The translations under genes and the position numbers were made by a program. A stretch of DNA of 64,000 nt from Octopus vulgaris (Eukaryota), in contig OX597816.1 of assembly GCA_951406725.2 (NCBI GenBank), forward strand, positions 134,726,001 to 134,790,000. Reading direction: 5' to 3'. The notes under the pieces are model-generated. The model did no database searches, was not told where the DNA came from, and saw nothing but the letters and a program-made list of their open reading frames with translations. Position 1 is the first letter of the stretch, and each line of letters starts with the position of its first letter. Shown here one piece after another: positions 25,355 through 39,715 of this stretch.

Positions 25355-25505
25355 TTATAGCAAATATTCTGCTCAATACCACAGATTTGCTTGTTACTTG
25401 CTTGATCTTAACCACTTGAGCATGTCCTTTAGCTGCTGACAATATGCAGGAGTATTGGGCGAGCATCATAACCACGTGTTGAGAGGGATTCTTAGGGGTT
25501 TGAAT
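25355..25505 (+). mobile_element. Family A repeat fragment (opposite orientation)
   Basis: TAGCAAATATTCTGCTCAATACCACAGATTTGCTTG is the reverse complement of the family A segment at about 2990-3030. Confidence 0.75.
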
Positions 25506-26809
25506 ACATGTAATAAAAGCAAAATTTAAAGGAAATATTAGCCTTTTTCATACTTTCTAGGGATAAGCAAATCGGGAATAATAGTTGTTACCCAAGTACA
25601 AAAAATCATGTTACACAGTGTATTCGATGAAAACAAGCAGCAACACATAGCTCTGAGTGTTGCAGAGAGTTGTGTTTACTGTTATGTGGTTTAGAAACTT
25701 TAAAATACGACGTTTCCTCTGGCGGAAACAAATGTGTCGATATTGAAGCTGCTAAAAAATACAACTGAATATTTTATGTCTATGTTATATATCCCGATTT
25801 TGTTGCTTTATAAGTCTGAGTTGCAATACAGTGCTATATTTGCTTATCCGACACCACCCAGGTCACAATACTGGCGCCAAGTTTGCGGACGGTACTGCAT
25901 ATACGCACCTACTCATGCACAAGCACACACACACTCACACAATCATACACACGTGTGTCTGTGTTTATGATTACACCGTTTATTTAATGTTGTGTTGATG
26001 AAGTGTCTCATTATGCCCCGTAAGCTGACTCTTATCAAATAGATATTGATCAAAGTACCAGTCTGGAATAAGTACAAAAATCAATACAACCGACTAAAAT
26101 TTTTGAAGGCAATGCCCTAACAAGGATGCAGCCCAATGATTGAAGCTAAGAAAAGAATGTTTCTGTATTTAAGCGTTTATGCGTTTTTGTGTCTCTGTGT
26201 ATATATGTCTTTGTGTCTTCTATGAAAGAGAATTACTGATTAGAATGAATCTCAGAGACAACCGGTTCTTCACAGTGCCAGTTTCCCAGGTTTAGGATAT
26301 TTCCTTAACTTGCAAATGATAACATTCTGTAACCATAACAACATAGTTAATTTTCGCAGGTCGAAACTATCAGTGTACGATAGGAGGAGACATACATAGC
26401 TTACTGCTCTAAGTAATGTGATACATGTTAACTGACGCATACTGTCTACCTCGTAAAGTAATATGAGTTACTTTATGTTAGATAATATTACTCATTGGTA
26501 TCCTCACAACAAAACCTACGACTGTTTGAAGCGATGAAGTAGTTATCAAGAGTTTAGCACATTGAAAACAGGATGAATTCTACTGTAGTTGACACATCTC
26601 AATAACCAATACGAAGAATTAACTTTATTGTAATATTTTTCCAGTTTTAGACGAAAGTCTGTTGAATTACATGACAACCCTGTAGCAGATCTGAGTAATT
26701 AGCAAAAATATAAAATCGAATACTGCCACAATAGATTTTCACTAATAACTAGGATGTTCATACAACTGACTTTAATTTAGACTGTTCGGATTTTAAGTGC
26801 AATCCATCC

Positions 26810-28100
26810 AGTGCCAGACTGAAACAAGCACTAATTTGTCCCTTTTTGGGACATGACAAAAACGCTTACATAAATTTGTGAACAATGTCGTTGTGATAAT
26901 TAGCACTTTTGGAAAAAAAAGTGCCGTTAAACGATATGTTACCACACATAAACATAAATTTAGCACTCATATTATGGTTTGTCATTATTGCTGTTATTTT
27001 CTCCTTGACTCAGTTAACTCAAACCGATAACATTTTAACTAACCAACAGTGTAAAGTGTAACTACTGCGAAGCATCATCAATCATGAAGAAGTTTTGTCT
27101 GCAGAATAAAATTTGCCAAACACTGTCTCATTAATTGTGAAAACTGCAATGTGATGAAGCTGAAGCAAAAGTTCTAGTATGCATGGTTTACCATTTTCAC
27201 TAATAACTGAAACAAAGTGCTTCCAACAGTTCCGAGGTATTTTTTTCATTTTGAGTAGAGAGTGACGTTAATGTTACTTGACTTTTATAGCGCTAGCAAT
27301 GATTCATCGGACGAAATAACAAATCAAATACTAACTAAACTAGAGATGTTAATTCTGGATCTGAATAAAGCGTCTGTTTACAATGTTGATAATGTAAGAG
27401 GGAACTATGACATTGAAAATACCGCAGAATTTTATCAAAAACTGAAAATAGCTCAAAAGAACATTATTCCTGCAATTTATCTACTCAATATTTTGCACAA
27501 TGCACCAAGATTTGTTACAGGAAAACTAGGATTAAATGTTGAAAATACTGTTCTCAAAATGTACAATCATTTCAGCATCACAGCTAAAAGGGCAACATTA
27601 AGGAATATTGTGAATTCGTGGCTATTAATAGTTGTAATCAGCTATACTATGTTATGATTAGATGGTTCTCTTTTTCTGTCATTTATCGACAAAATACTCA
27701 TGTACTGGGAAGCGCTTAGTATTTCATATAATTCAGAGAATAGGTGATAAAAAGTAATCTAAGCATTGTGGAAATGCTTTGGAGATGAAGATTTATTTCT
27801 TCCTCAGTCACATACTGAAGCACTATAATCCCAGTCATTCAACATAATTTCAGTATTTAAGCTAATGGCTAAACTAAAAAGCAAACTTGAAAGCAGACTA
27901 AGAGACTCTGTTACTTTTTGGCTTTGCACCGAGCGCCAAGTTTAACCAGCATATCTCCGATAGATCTAAAAGATAGGAAGCTGATTTTTTTCTATGAAAA
28001 TGTTATGAGGTAATTAAACAAAAGGTATGATTATTCTGAATAATAAAAGAAAGCTTTCCTGGAAAGTTAGCTTAAAAATGCCATAACTTTTAGAAATTCT
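26810..28100 (+). pseudogene. Degenerate hAT transposase remnant
   Basis: ORF 27262-27657 (LLDFY..VDNVRGNY..FYQKLK..NILHNA..VENTVLKMYNHFSITAKR) and downstream RWFSF..IDKIL..WEAL resemble the hAT catalytic core including RW.S. Confidence 0.65.
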
Positions 28101-28289
28101 GTGTTGCAGTTATCTTCCAAAACTAACCTAATTTTTTTCTCTCTCTATCATCCCCATATATTTTTTAGGAAAAGTCAACTATTCAGATGGAACCAGCAGG
28201 AGGGCAATTTCACAAGCCTTGCATAAAATGCTCCTTAAACACCCCAGCACCTCCCAATTCCACTCCCAATCAATTATCTTGTTTTTACT

Positions 28290-28705
28290 CTCTTTTACTC
28301 TTTTACTCTTGTACTTGTTTCAGTCATTTGACTGTGGCCATGCTGGTGCACCGCCTTTAGTCGAGCAATCGACCCCAGGACTTATTCTTTGTAAGCCTAG
28401 TACTTATTTTATCGGTCTCTCTTGCCGAACCGCTAAGTGACGGGGACGTAAACACACCAGCATCGGTTGTCAAGCGATGTTGGGGTGACAAACACAGACA
28501 CACAAACATACACACACACACACACTTACATATATATACATATATACGACGGGCTTTCAATTTCCGTCTACCAAATCCACTCAGAAGCCTTTGGTCGGCC
28601 CGTGGCTTAAGTAGAAGACACTTGCCGAAGGTGCCATGCGGTGGGACTGAACCCGGAACCATGTGGTTGGTAAGCAAGCTACTTACCACACAGCCACTCC
28701 TAGGC
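28290..28705 (-). mobile_element. SINE family 1, full length
   Basis: Reverse complement matches 1625-2040 end to end. Confidence 0.88.
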
Positions 28706-29062
28706 CTACTATTCACTATTTTCTTTCAGTTCTTGTTCATCAACACTTCTTTACTCCCACACTTATTAACAAACCCCAAACACTCCCAAATCTCTTATAT
28801 ATGGAATCACAGAGCACAACACAACCTGAGGTCAGTTTGACGATCCGTCACCGACGAATGCGAGAAAGTTCTCCAGAAAAGTTAACATGGAATCTTTAAA
28901 AAATCTCCCCACCGAAGTTAATAAAGAACTTACTAGATCTACAAGCCAAACTGTAAAATTATATTATTAAAAAATTAAATTGATTAGAACTACCAGTGAA
29001 CTCATTCTTTTCCTTTTCCAATTATAACTAACTGTACCAAAGATCACACATTTTCCAATATA

Positions 29063-29100
<38 letters not shown>

Positions 29101-29314
29101 ACTCACATACACACGCACACGCACATATATATATATAAAATGAAGTTATGATATCCATTGGAATACTTGACACGTACGAATGCCTGCAGTGTACTTCTGG
29201 GAAATTTGGAAATGGCCAATCTATTTTAAATTGAGACACTGAAATGACTAACTTACCTCTTGAGAATTGCAGTATCAACATGTACATGTCTGTATGTATA
29301 CATGTAAACAGCCA

Positions 29315-29354
29315 GACATACATACATACATACATACATACATACATACATACA

Positions 29355-29385
<31 letters not shown>

Positions 29386-29454
29386 CTGCATACATATTTT
29401 AACAAAGTAACGATTCTTCGAAGTTTCGGTTCAGTTGCCTTCCCTCCGTTTTGC

Positions 29455-29487
<33 letters not shown>

Positions 29488-29608
29488 TGTATGTATGTAT
29501 GTATGTATGTATGTATGTATGTATGTATGTATGTATGCATGCATGCATGCATGTATGTATGTATGTATTGAAATTAGTTATTGACTACTCATTTTTCTGT
29601 AATTTGTA

Positions 29609-29683
<75 letters not shown>

Positions 29684-29745
29684 ACAATAATTGTGGGTAT
29701 CTTCCTACATGAAACCATTGATTGTCTTGTTAATCTATAAAATAT

Positions 29746-29805
<60 letters not shown>
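29315..29805. repeat. (TACA)n, (TATG)n, (CA)n and (TG)n microsatellite cluster
   Basis: Seen directly. Confidence 0.95.
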
Positions 29806-29874
29806 TCACTCTTCCCCATTCACACACACACACGTGTTAGGCTCACTCGTCCCCATTCACACATACACACTCTA

Positions 29875-30073
29875 CTATGGGCACAAGACCTGAAATTTGT
29901 GAGGAGGGGGTAAATCGATCTCATCGATCTTAGTATTTGACTGATACTTAATTTATCGGCCCCGGAAGGATGAAAGGCAAAGTTGACCTTCAGTTGGATT
30001 TTAACTCAAAAGGTAAAGACAGACGAAATGTCGCTAAACCTGGCATCCTAACAACTCTGCCAGCTCACCGCCG
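29875..30073 (-). mobile_element. SINE family 2, degenerate
   Basis: GGATGAAAGGCAAAGTTGACCT..CTGCCAGCTCACCGCC. Confidence 0.75.
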
Positions 30074-30872
30074 TTATGAAATGCATTTCATCTCATAATG
30101 AACGGGTGTCTTATTTTGCTGTTCAACATCCAGATGAATATTAATAGAGCATTGCTCTAAGGTATTCCAGCTGTGACCATCCAGTCTTGTTCGGATGACC
30201 TTGGACCGCGGTGTTCTCCATTTAAGGCAGCTATGTGATTGGTGGTTTGGTCGAATTGCTTGATTGTCGGACAAAATGCCTGCAGTTAATAGTTACTGCT
30301 CTTTACGCTCCAAACTCAAATTTTGCAAAGATCTCAAGTCTGTCTTACATCCTTCCGGGTATCTATAAAATAATAATTTCATGAAATAAAATAAACCAAT
30401 AAAAATAAATCAGTCAATTTAATAATGAATATAAATAAATAAATCAGTTGAGTTGATATTCCTGTAAAGTATTTTAGGTGTGAAAAGAATTACAACAGAA
30501 GACTAAGTCTTAGAGGCAGCCTCATTACTTCGCTGTATATCATGTCTTAACCACTTCATATCAAAGCTGTTTTCCCGGCATTATTTGTATCTTACGTAAA
30601 ACAAGAAACGAAAGAAAGAAAAAAGAAACTGATGCTTTTTTTTCTCTTTCTTCATTGCCATATCTCAATATGTCTGATCAACTGTGTAGCATAGCTAAAG
30701 ACTAAAAACTAATGTTCTGACATCTTTTGTATGAATTCTAAGAGATCAAGACGAACCTCTTAGAGATATGGCGGTGTTTTGTCTCTTTTCCATTATTTTT
30801 TTTCTGCTGCTGTTTGTTGTTTATTGCTGTTATGGTTGTTGATTTGCAATTACAATTGTTGTTGTAGTTGTA

Positions 30873-30905
<33 letters not shown>

Positions 30906-31188
30906 GATAATATTATAATTTTTGCCGTTAAAGTTCTTCATCGATTCATCCCTCTTCCCATACCCCGCCTTCTATCCCCACTTCCCCATTATCTCTGTCC
31001 TCTTTGACTGGTTGTCTTATACAAAAAAAAGAAAAAAAAAGAAGAAATCTGACGTAGCATACTTGTATTTATGGCGAAGGAATTATACTTTGGAACAAAT
31101 ATTGAGCAGTCAACAATTATAACTGTCCATGTTGTCAAATAACAGCTTTAAAAATAGCCTTTTAAATACACATTTGCATCTACCACTA

Positions 31189-31261
<73 letters not shown>

Positions 31262-33589
31262 CACCACCATTTATCATTCAACTTATATATATATATATAT
31301 AAGTTGAATGATAAATGGAAAGTTAGTTTGAATGATAAATGGAAGAGTTTGATGCGTGGAGGCCATGATCTTCTGTGCGTTATCTCATGTCTGCTAGTCG
31401 CCACGTGTCGTAAGAGAGCCAACTAGACCATGTCGTTGATTTCCGATGCCTATATGCCAAAAGAGGAAGTCGCAAGGCCTCGTTTCAGAATCTCACCACT
31501 GAAGCGCCATCTAATGCGAGCTTGTTTAAATTTAGCCCCGTAGAGAGTCAGAAGCAGTGGTACTAAGCACTTTACCCAATGACACTCTATCGACTCAGTT
31601 AATTCTTCGCCATTTGTATCACTTAGATGAATATGACGTTCTCCATCATATTATTAGCTTGTTCGGGCGCATGAATATATTATAATGTTCTACACTTCAA
31701 AAACGAAGTATATTTTGAGGAGGTGCCAACAATGGATGTTATTTTGGATATATGAAGAAGGTGTGATCTGTACGAAACACCGTCAAACATTGTTAGACGT
31801 AAATATCATTTGCAAAAATAAGCAATTTACAATCAGACAGATGAGTTAGGTTTTATAGCATTCAACATTTAACACGTCAACGATGTCTTATCCTCAATTC
31901 TGCTACGTCAATCTTATGAACAAAATACTTGGCCATTCGGAATTAATGGTGAAAGTGTTATTCAGAATATGTGTTTAGTACAGGGCCACTAATGTAGTTA
32001 TTTTTTTGCTGACCACAAACTATGAAATGAATCGATTTTATGTCTTTAGCCACGTCTGTGTTGGTTACATCAATAAAAATAATTAACATAAAAACACTTC
32101 AGACCTTTATATAAACTTCTGATGTTCCACTATCAGATGGTTAAACGTCACCGCTCATTTTAATGGTGCATTTATCTTAATATGTAACACTTTATCATTT
32201 ACTAAGTAAAATGTATACGCAGATCGAATATAGTTTATTTATGTAATTTGTTCTTTAACCATTTTCCCCACCTGGAATTATTAATGCATCTAAATCAACA
32301 TTTCTGATCCTCATGAAATCATGTTAGCTTTATATTCAATGAGCTGTACAGATAAAAGGCAACTGTATGAATAACAGGTAGCTGCCTCACCTTACTGCAC
32401 CGTAACTTGAAATCGTTATATCGGAGGTTGGATGAAATTGATTTCAAATTATCCGTGGGAGTAGACTGAAGGTAACTTCATCTTACGCACTTCTTTTATT
32501 CATTACATTGGCCATAAAGGCCTTACAAAGAAAGGAAGCTACGGGCTGGACGAAGACTCAATGATATGAAATGACAAACGAAATAATAATAAATGTGGGC
32601 AACAAGCAACGCCCGCCCATTGCTGTCTACCCGAGAACATTGTTCTTTTTAGGTTACATATTCGAGGCAACAAACCTCTTACATTTTCACAGTTCAAAAA
32701 CAAAAAAATCATTTATGAGGTAATAACCTCTTGCATTTTTCACAAATAAAATTTCATTAACGAAGCAACAAACCTCTTACATTCAGTACAAATAAACATT
32801 TATGAGGCAATAAGCCTCTTTCAAAATACAAAATTCATTTATGAAGCAATAACCTCTTACCTTTTCATAATTTAATAAAGCAAAAAATGAGGCACTAAGC
32901 CTCTTATTTATATTCATTATATTCTTTCCTGTCCGACCAGGCTCCTCGCTTCTTTGAAGCACCCAGACAGTGCCAAGCCAGGTCACTTCACCATGAATCT
33001 AAAAGAGTCCTCTGGGAAAGAATTCATTATCCTGCACAGATCAGTTTCCCATATGACCTCCGCAGCCACCTGCGAAGGCCAATCAGAGTCCTCCGTGCAG
33101 GACAGAATCCCCTCCCACCAGCCTTTCTTTTTAAACTTCTTAACAAAGTTTTCTAATGTCTCTCCCTTATGGAAGAGGACCACAAATTCTTCCTCCACAG
33201 CACGGGAGGGATCTACAGTTTCCACCTTCGGTGGCACAACTTCTACCGAAGGTGCTTCGGGACACGCCGGCAGTGTCACAAACCGCCGGCTATGTCCCGT
33301 TTTTCTATTTTTTTCTTTTTTCCCCTTGAGCCACGGGGAGGTGGAGTTCCTCCGCTTTGTCCAGCAGATCCTTCCTCCTTCCCGCAGCCTTCGGATCCTT
33401 CGGTGGTTACCCACCTTTCGTTTTTTTGCTTTTTTCGAGGAGGTTTCCACCTCCACGTCTTCCTCCTTCTCTCCCTCCAATGAGGGAGCATCTTACGCAC
33501 TTATTTCTCAGACTACCACAAAATATAGCTATATTTATTTATATACTACTACAACTTATAATAATCCTGAAATTGTAAAACCTGAAATT

Positions 33590-33947
33590 TTAGTAGAGAG
33601 GGCTAGTCATTGACATCGACCACAGTACTCGACTGGTATTTATTTCATCGACCCCGCAGAATTTAAAGGCGGATGAAATGTTGCTAAATATTTTGCCCGG
33701 CATGCTAACGATTTTGCCAGCTTGCTGCCTTACAACAACTACTACTGGTTTCAAATTTTGGCACAAGGCTAGCAATTTAGGGAGACGGGCTAATCGATTA
33801 CATCAATCCCAGTGTTCAATTGCAATTTAATTTATCGACCCTGAAAAGATGACAGGCAAAGTCGACCTCGGCAGAATTTGAACCCAGCATGTAAAGACTG
33901 ACGAAATGCTTACCACCTTACTTCTATTCCTCCTCCTCCTCCTCCTC

Positions 33948-34023
<76 letters not shown>

Positions 34024-34812
34024 CACCACCAATGGTTTCAAAGTTTGCCACAGGGCCAACAGTATTTTTTTTTAGGAGAGAGGGCAGTCGATTACATCGA
34101 TCCCAGCACTTGACTGCTACATTATCACTCCCGAGATAGGAACTTAATAAAAGGGTAGGAAGAAATACCAGTAATCATTATCGCCCGATACGCTAACAAT
34201 TCTGCTAGCTTGCCACCTTGCTATTACTACTACTAGTAATAAAACTTTCTAATTTTGGTACAATGCCTGAAATTTTGAGGCGGGTAATCGATTTACATTA
34301 ATCCCAATACTTGGTTGGTACTTTATTTTATCGATCCCGAAAAGATGAAAGATAAAGCTAACTCTGACAGGATTTGAACTCAGAACAAAGGACCGGAAGA
34401 AATACCGCTGGGTAAGGGTATTCTGTCCGACACTCTAACAATTCTGCCTTAGTAACAACAACAACAATAATTTCTTTTATTTTTCCACAAGGGCCCATTC
34501 ATACATGCGATAGAATTGTTATGAAGGGAATGAAAAAACGTGTGGATGTAAAACAAAGTTATATAAAAGTCGAAATGAGGTACAGAGATGTTAGAGAATA
34601 GATTTGTTTCAAATTTTGGTACAAGGCCAGCCGGTTCGGGGGATGAAGTAGGTCGATTACATCGATCTCAGTGCTCAATTGGTACATATTTTATCGACCC
34701 CAAAAGAATGAAAGGCAAAGTCAACCTTGGCGGCATTTGAACTTAGAGACGGACAAAATGTCGCTTAGCATTTTGCTGGGTGTGCTAACGATCCTGCCAG
34801 ATCGCCGCCTTG
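33590..34812 (-). mobile_element. Cluster of about five same-orientation SINE family 2 copies
   Basis: Family-2 blocks at about 33590, 33745, 34030, 34245 and 34605, separated by (CTA)n/(CAA)n. Confidence 0.75.
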
Positions 34813-36199
34813 ACCTTAGAGAATATATCAAAACTTTAAAATAACTAAAGTAACACAAAAATATTTCTACAAGTATCTAAAAGAAATAAGAAAATAAATA
34901 AGGCAAGCCACCCAACTAGTTTGGGGTCAGGGCATCCCAAACTCGAAGGCTTAGCTGATATCTAGTGCAACAACAATGCTTTCATTGACTTCCTCTAAAG
35001 CCAGGACTCATTGGTGAGTGACATAGGAACGTTTTCAATGTTTCCCGTTGATCTGGTTCTGCGGAAACATTACTGGTATTCACTGAGGTGAGTGAGAGAT
35101 ACAAGATGATTGAGAACGTTATTGTAATGGCTAACGATCTTTTCCTTTGTAAAAATAAATGTGGTACTTTGCTTGAGTGTATTGATTGATCCTTCAGTTA
35201 ACGATTGACTGCTTTTATATATTACCCAAACATTGATATGTATGTATATATGTATGTATGTATGTGTACACACACACTTACATGTATAATGTACAAGTGG
35301 GCGTGTTTGTTCGTAAAGAGAAAAGCAACTATAACGGAGAACGAGGTAACGAAGAAAAGAAAGAGAGAGAGAGAGAGAGGGAGAGAGAGCGAGAGAGAGA
35401 CTTGGCAATATATATATATATAAAGACAAGAACCAAGTTAAGTGAAAATCCGATGTAAAAGATAAACTATTATTTTCTCTGTAAACTTTACTATACTATC
35501 GTTAGAGTAAACAGTTTTTCGAGAGTTTTTGTTCTATTGCAACACAAATTTTTAACACTTTTTCGTTGCATTGTTATGTATTTAGAAAGTTGGAAAATAG
35601 AGATAGAAAAACAAGCTTCGGTTTTTTTTGTCATCATAAATACACATAGTGAGAAACAATACAAAAAGTCTTGTTTCAACAAGTGTTCTAATTTAACAGG
35701 CTAACTTCGAATTTCCTTGCGTTTTTCATTCCGAGAAAATAAAATGAAACAGAAATTTAAGAATATAAATACAAAAAAAAAAAAGAAGGAAAAAGAAGAC
35801 AACAGAGAAACATGATTAACCTATCGTTGTAGCGAAGACGTAGACATCATTCTTGAGCAAGGAAGTAGTACAGTTATGAATAGGATATTTTTAAGAATAT
35901 TTAATCCGATTTCGTTTCATAAAAATCGAATTGTTATTTTTTACAATATTCAACACCCACCTTTCCCACGCACGCTCACAAATATGTTTTAATGTTTATA
36001 TTTAAAAAAAAATTCTGAAATATTTTATACCAGCGGGAGGAGAGTGTCTGCTGAAACTTGAACTGGTGAACCTTTTGATTGAAGGATGTCTTGGAAATGT
36101 TATGCTAAACAACTTTTCCCTTGTTAACATCGCCAATGTGAAAACACTGCAAACAAGCAATTGATTATATCGATGAGCAAGAACCGAACATCCATGACC

Positions 36200-37380
36200 T
36201 GTACCAGCATTCCTGGGTGGTGAGATCGATGTGGTTGATATTACTGTAGGAAAAATAAAGAGAAATAGAGAATTTCAGAAAGTTACAGTTCTGGAAAGGA
36301 ATGTTTCGGAAAAAACGCTTAATGCGGGGCTTCATGTGCAAAACGCAATAGTCATGACGCTAAGTGGAGGGAGCCGAAACACTCGATGGAACTTGAGGGG
36401 AAATAGTATGCAACTTACTTGTAGCTAGAGGCAGAAAGTGGTAGAAGAGGTAGAAGAGGAAGACCATGATCGTAAGATTGTGGTTTCGATTCCTGGACTG
36501 GGCGACGCGTTGTGTTCTTGAGCAAAACACTTCATTTCACGTTGCTCCAGTCCACTCAGCTGGCAAAAATGAGTAACGCTGCGATTGACTGGCGTCCCGT
36601 CAAGCTGGGGAACACATACGCCATAGAAACCGAGAAACCGGGTCAATGAGCCTGGCTATGCTTTTTAAAAAGGCGGCGAGCGGGCAGAAACGTTAGCACG
36701 CCAGGCGAAATGCTTAGCCGTATTTCGTCTGCCGTTACGTTCTGAGTTCAAATTCCGCCGAGGTCAACTTTGCCTTTCATCCTTTCGGGGTCGATAAATT
36801 AAGTACCAGTTACGCACTGGGGTCGATGTAATCGACTTAATCCGTTTGTCTGTCCTTGTTTGTCCCCTCTTTATTGCCCTTTGTGGGCAATAAAGAAATA
36901 AGAAGAGGCAGAAAGAAATTAATTAGCTTGATAACATTTTCATAAGGTGAAGGTGATCTGTCTAGTAGCAGCACCGTTCGTGGTATATAAGCAAAATTTC
37001 AATATGTGTTGCAGCTGAGCTTTGTAGAAGATCAACAAGTCAGAGGTTAAGTACGGACTGGCTCTGGAGTGGAAACATAATCGTTGAGAGTTTTAGTGTG
37101 TACTTCATACGTAATAACAAGCTCATTAATATACAGGATAAAAAGTCCCCTCTAAACACACTGAATCGTGGTTTGCCTAGCAAGAAACTTCCAAGCAAAA
37201 TGGCTACAGAAGCTATATCGGAAGCTCACTGTTTGCACATTATTGAAGGGATGTCATTAAGACCTGGCTGTCGCTTTGTTGGGTTGGAGTGACTAGAGAG
37301 AGAATGTTGTGAACATAGTAGCGAGGCAGATGGATTGAAAAAGAGAATTCGGTTATCAGACTTCTATTTTGATGACCAAA
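36200..37380 (-). mobile_element. Ancient degenerate LINE (CR1/L2-group C-terminal ORF2) interrupted by SINEs
   Basis: Minus translation LTSDLLIFYKAQLQHILKFC resembles L..LYKAQIRP.LEYC; ETFLSRTVTF*NSL resembles SF..RT...WNSL. Confidence 0.5.
36439..36903 (+). mobile_element. Composite SINE insertion (truncated family 3 + full family 2) with 12-bp TSD
   Basis: AGAGGCAGAAAG at 36427-36438 and 36904-36915; family-3 core at 36465-36660; family-2 copy at 36670-36903. Confidence 0.8.
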
Positions 37381-39681
37381 CTTAATTCAGTTTGACTGGC
37401 AATTTTCTAGGTTAGTAAAGTTGATGTAGACAACAAAACATTTATACAGTCTGGTGTGTTTCCTTATAAGTTTCAAGGTAAAAATTTGATAGAATCGAAT
37501 TACACTGATATATTGTGGTAACTCAATCAGATTAGACCGAGTTAGTGTAGCACATTTCATAGGTTATAAATGGGTTCAGACATCTTTATTAGTATTGCTA
37601 CTGTTTAGTACTAAATCAGCTCTGATCAAGGATATCTATGACCAAAAGCATTCCGGCTTTGAACATTACTTATTTTTTCCAACACTCTGCATTTTGGATT
37701 GCATTATCTAGTGTCTTCTTCTTACAATGGTACGGTATGGTGTAAGCGAAAAGAGAATGCTATTTCTAGGGGGTCGTGCAAGTGTTGAACTACCGATCGA
37801 ATAGTTAACGATGTGTTTCCGACCACGAACGCTGCGCTATGGGCTTAGCTGAGACATTGGTCAATTCAAGTTTAACCCACGTTCACATATCTTTTTCTAT
37901 CTGCTTCTACCACTACTACAAAGATCTCCGCTCACGTGAAAGACCTACATGGATAACTCGCTTCACCTATATGCATAATTCGTTGCCCATCATATCTATG
38001 TCGCCTCCTCCTGTAATCCTTACTGGATCTAACCCTCCTAAGATTCTGAACACGGTTGATAATAGCAATTCCCGTACTTGACTGGTACTTTAACTATTCA
38101 CCCTGGAGTGATTAAGGGCAAAGTAAGAAGTAGGCATGTTTTAAAATCAAAACGTAATTGGCAACCCACAGCATCTTATTTGAGGTTCTAAAGATTCTAT
38201 ATAGCCATCGGCATCTCTTTAGAATAAATCATAACAAAAGAAAAATACTTGCTACACTTTCCCACATCACATGTCTATTAGGCAACCAAACGGACACACT
38301 AAAAAGACCAAACTAAATGAAAATTATACATTTGGGATCTTAAAATTGATTTAAGAAATCTAATCTCTTAATAAGAATTGTTTTAGAATGAAACACAAGC
38401 TTATAATTGTCTTCTGTAGCAAATAGTTGATTAAAACATCCACAGTATACTACTGTAACTAAAATTTATCAAGGCCTCGAAAGAGGAGTTGCAAAGTAAA
38501 GATTGGTAAAATTTGAACTCCTAACCTTCGGATTAAATGTAAAATCTTCAGTCGCGTATGCAGGGTAAAATCGCCAATAACACAAAATAATGCTTGGACA
38601 TGATTTTTAAACAACATCGACAATAAAACTAAAGAACTACTACAATGATAATAAAGAAATGTAATTGTAAAGGCAACGTGTTTTTGATGTCCAGCACACA
38701 TTGTCAACCCAAATGCTAGATGCTTACACCCTTTTGTTTAAATTAAAAGCAGTATTATAGGTAATCGAGGCTAGTCAATTAGATTACTTTTGTCTAGCTT
38801 TCATAATTCTATTGCTTTACAAGTGTGCGTAGACAAAACCTCGGAATAAATACTCATTTGTTTAATCCAAAGCCCCTTGCCTTCTAGTTCCTATCAATAT
38901 CTTCTGCTGTGTTTATAAAGGAACATTTTGGATTCTATATAAAATCCTTAATGAGTTATCAGTTTCTAGTTTGCTCAAGGCATTATTTGTTTCATGTTCT
39001 CACAAATACAATTCAATAACGGCACAATAGATTATTTGACCAGATTTTCACAACAATAAAAAGAAAGCTCTTTCTGAATTTGTGCGCACCATTTTGGGGC
39101 TTTAGGGATGATGAAATATATTGTGTGAAATCGATACAATTTGTGATTAGAAAGTTTTATTTGGAACTTCAAAGAAGAAACTACAGCAATGAAACTATCG
39201 AAAAGCTATAACGCTTGCGGTTTCCAGTTGGTAACCGTCCGGTTCTTTATTAAAGAACATATTTCATAATAAATAACAAAAAGAAAAAAGGACGTTAAAT
39301 AAGATGGATATAGGAATATTATTTGGTGCATTTATGAGTAGCTGGTATCTGATTGCATGTGATAATATTTCTTAGCTAATGGATTGTGTGAATAAGAATA
39401 CAGCTGAGTCTTTGAACTAGTATTTGATCACCTCTTATAGGCAGATGTGTGGGCGTAGATGTTCAGAAACGTAAGTTTTAAAATTTACTGCTAAAAATAT
39501 TTTACGAATAGTACAAAAAATAAAAGGATGTTTGTCTTTCTACTCGACTCGCCAATCTGTCTATCTGTCTGCAATGTATGTAGTTTTGCATGTATGCGCG
39601 TGTGCACGTATATGGTTATAGATGGCATATTGCATATGCGTATGTATACAATAATTTCATTATTATTATTATTATATTATA

Positions 39682-39715
<34 letters not shown>

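Noticed and set aside
34900-35095. Possible host exon ending in GAG|GTGAGT
   Set aside because: Donor-like motifs only; no convincing acceptor, frame or homology.
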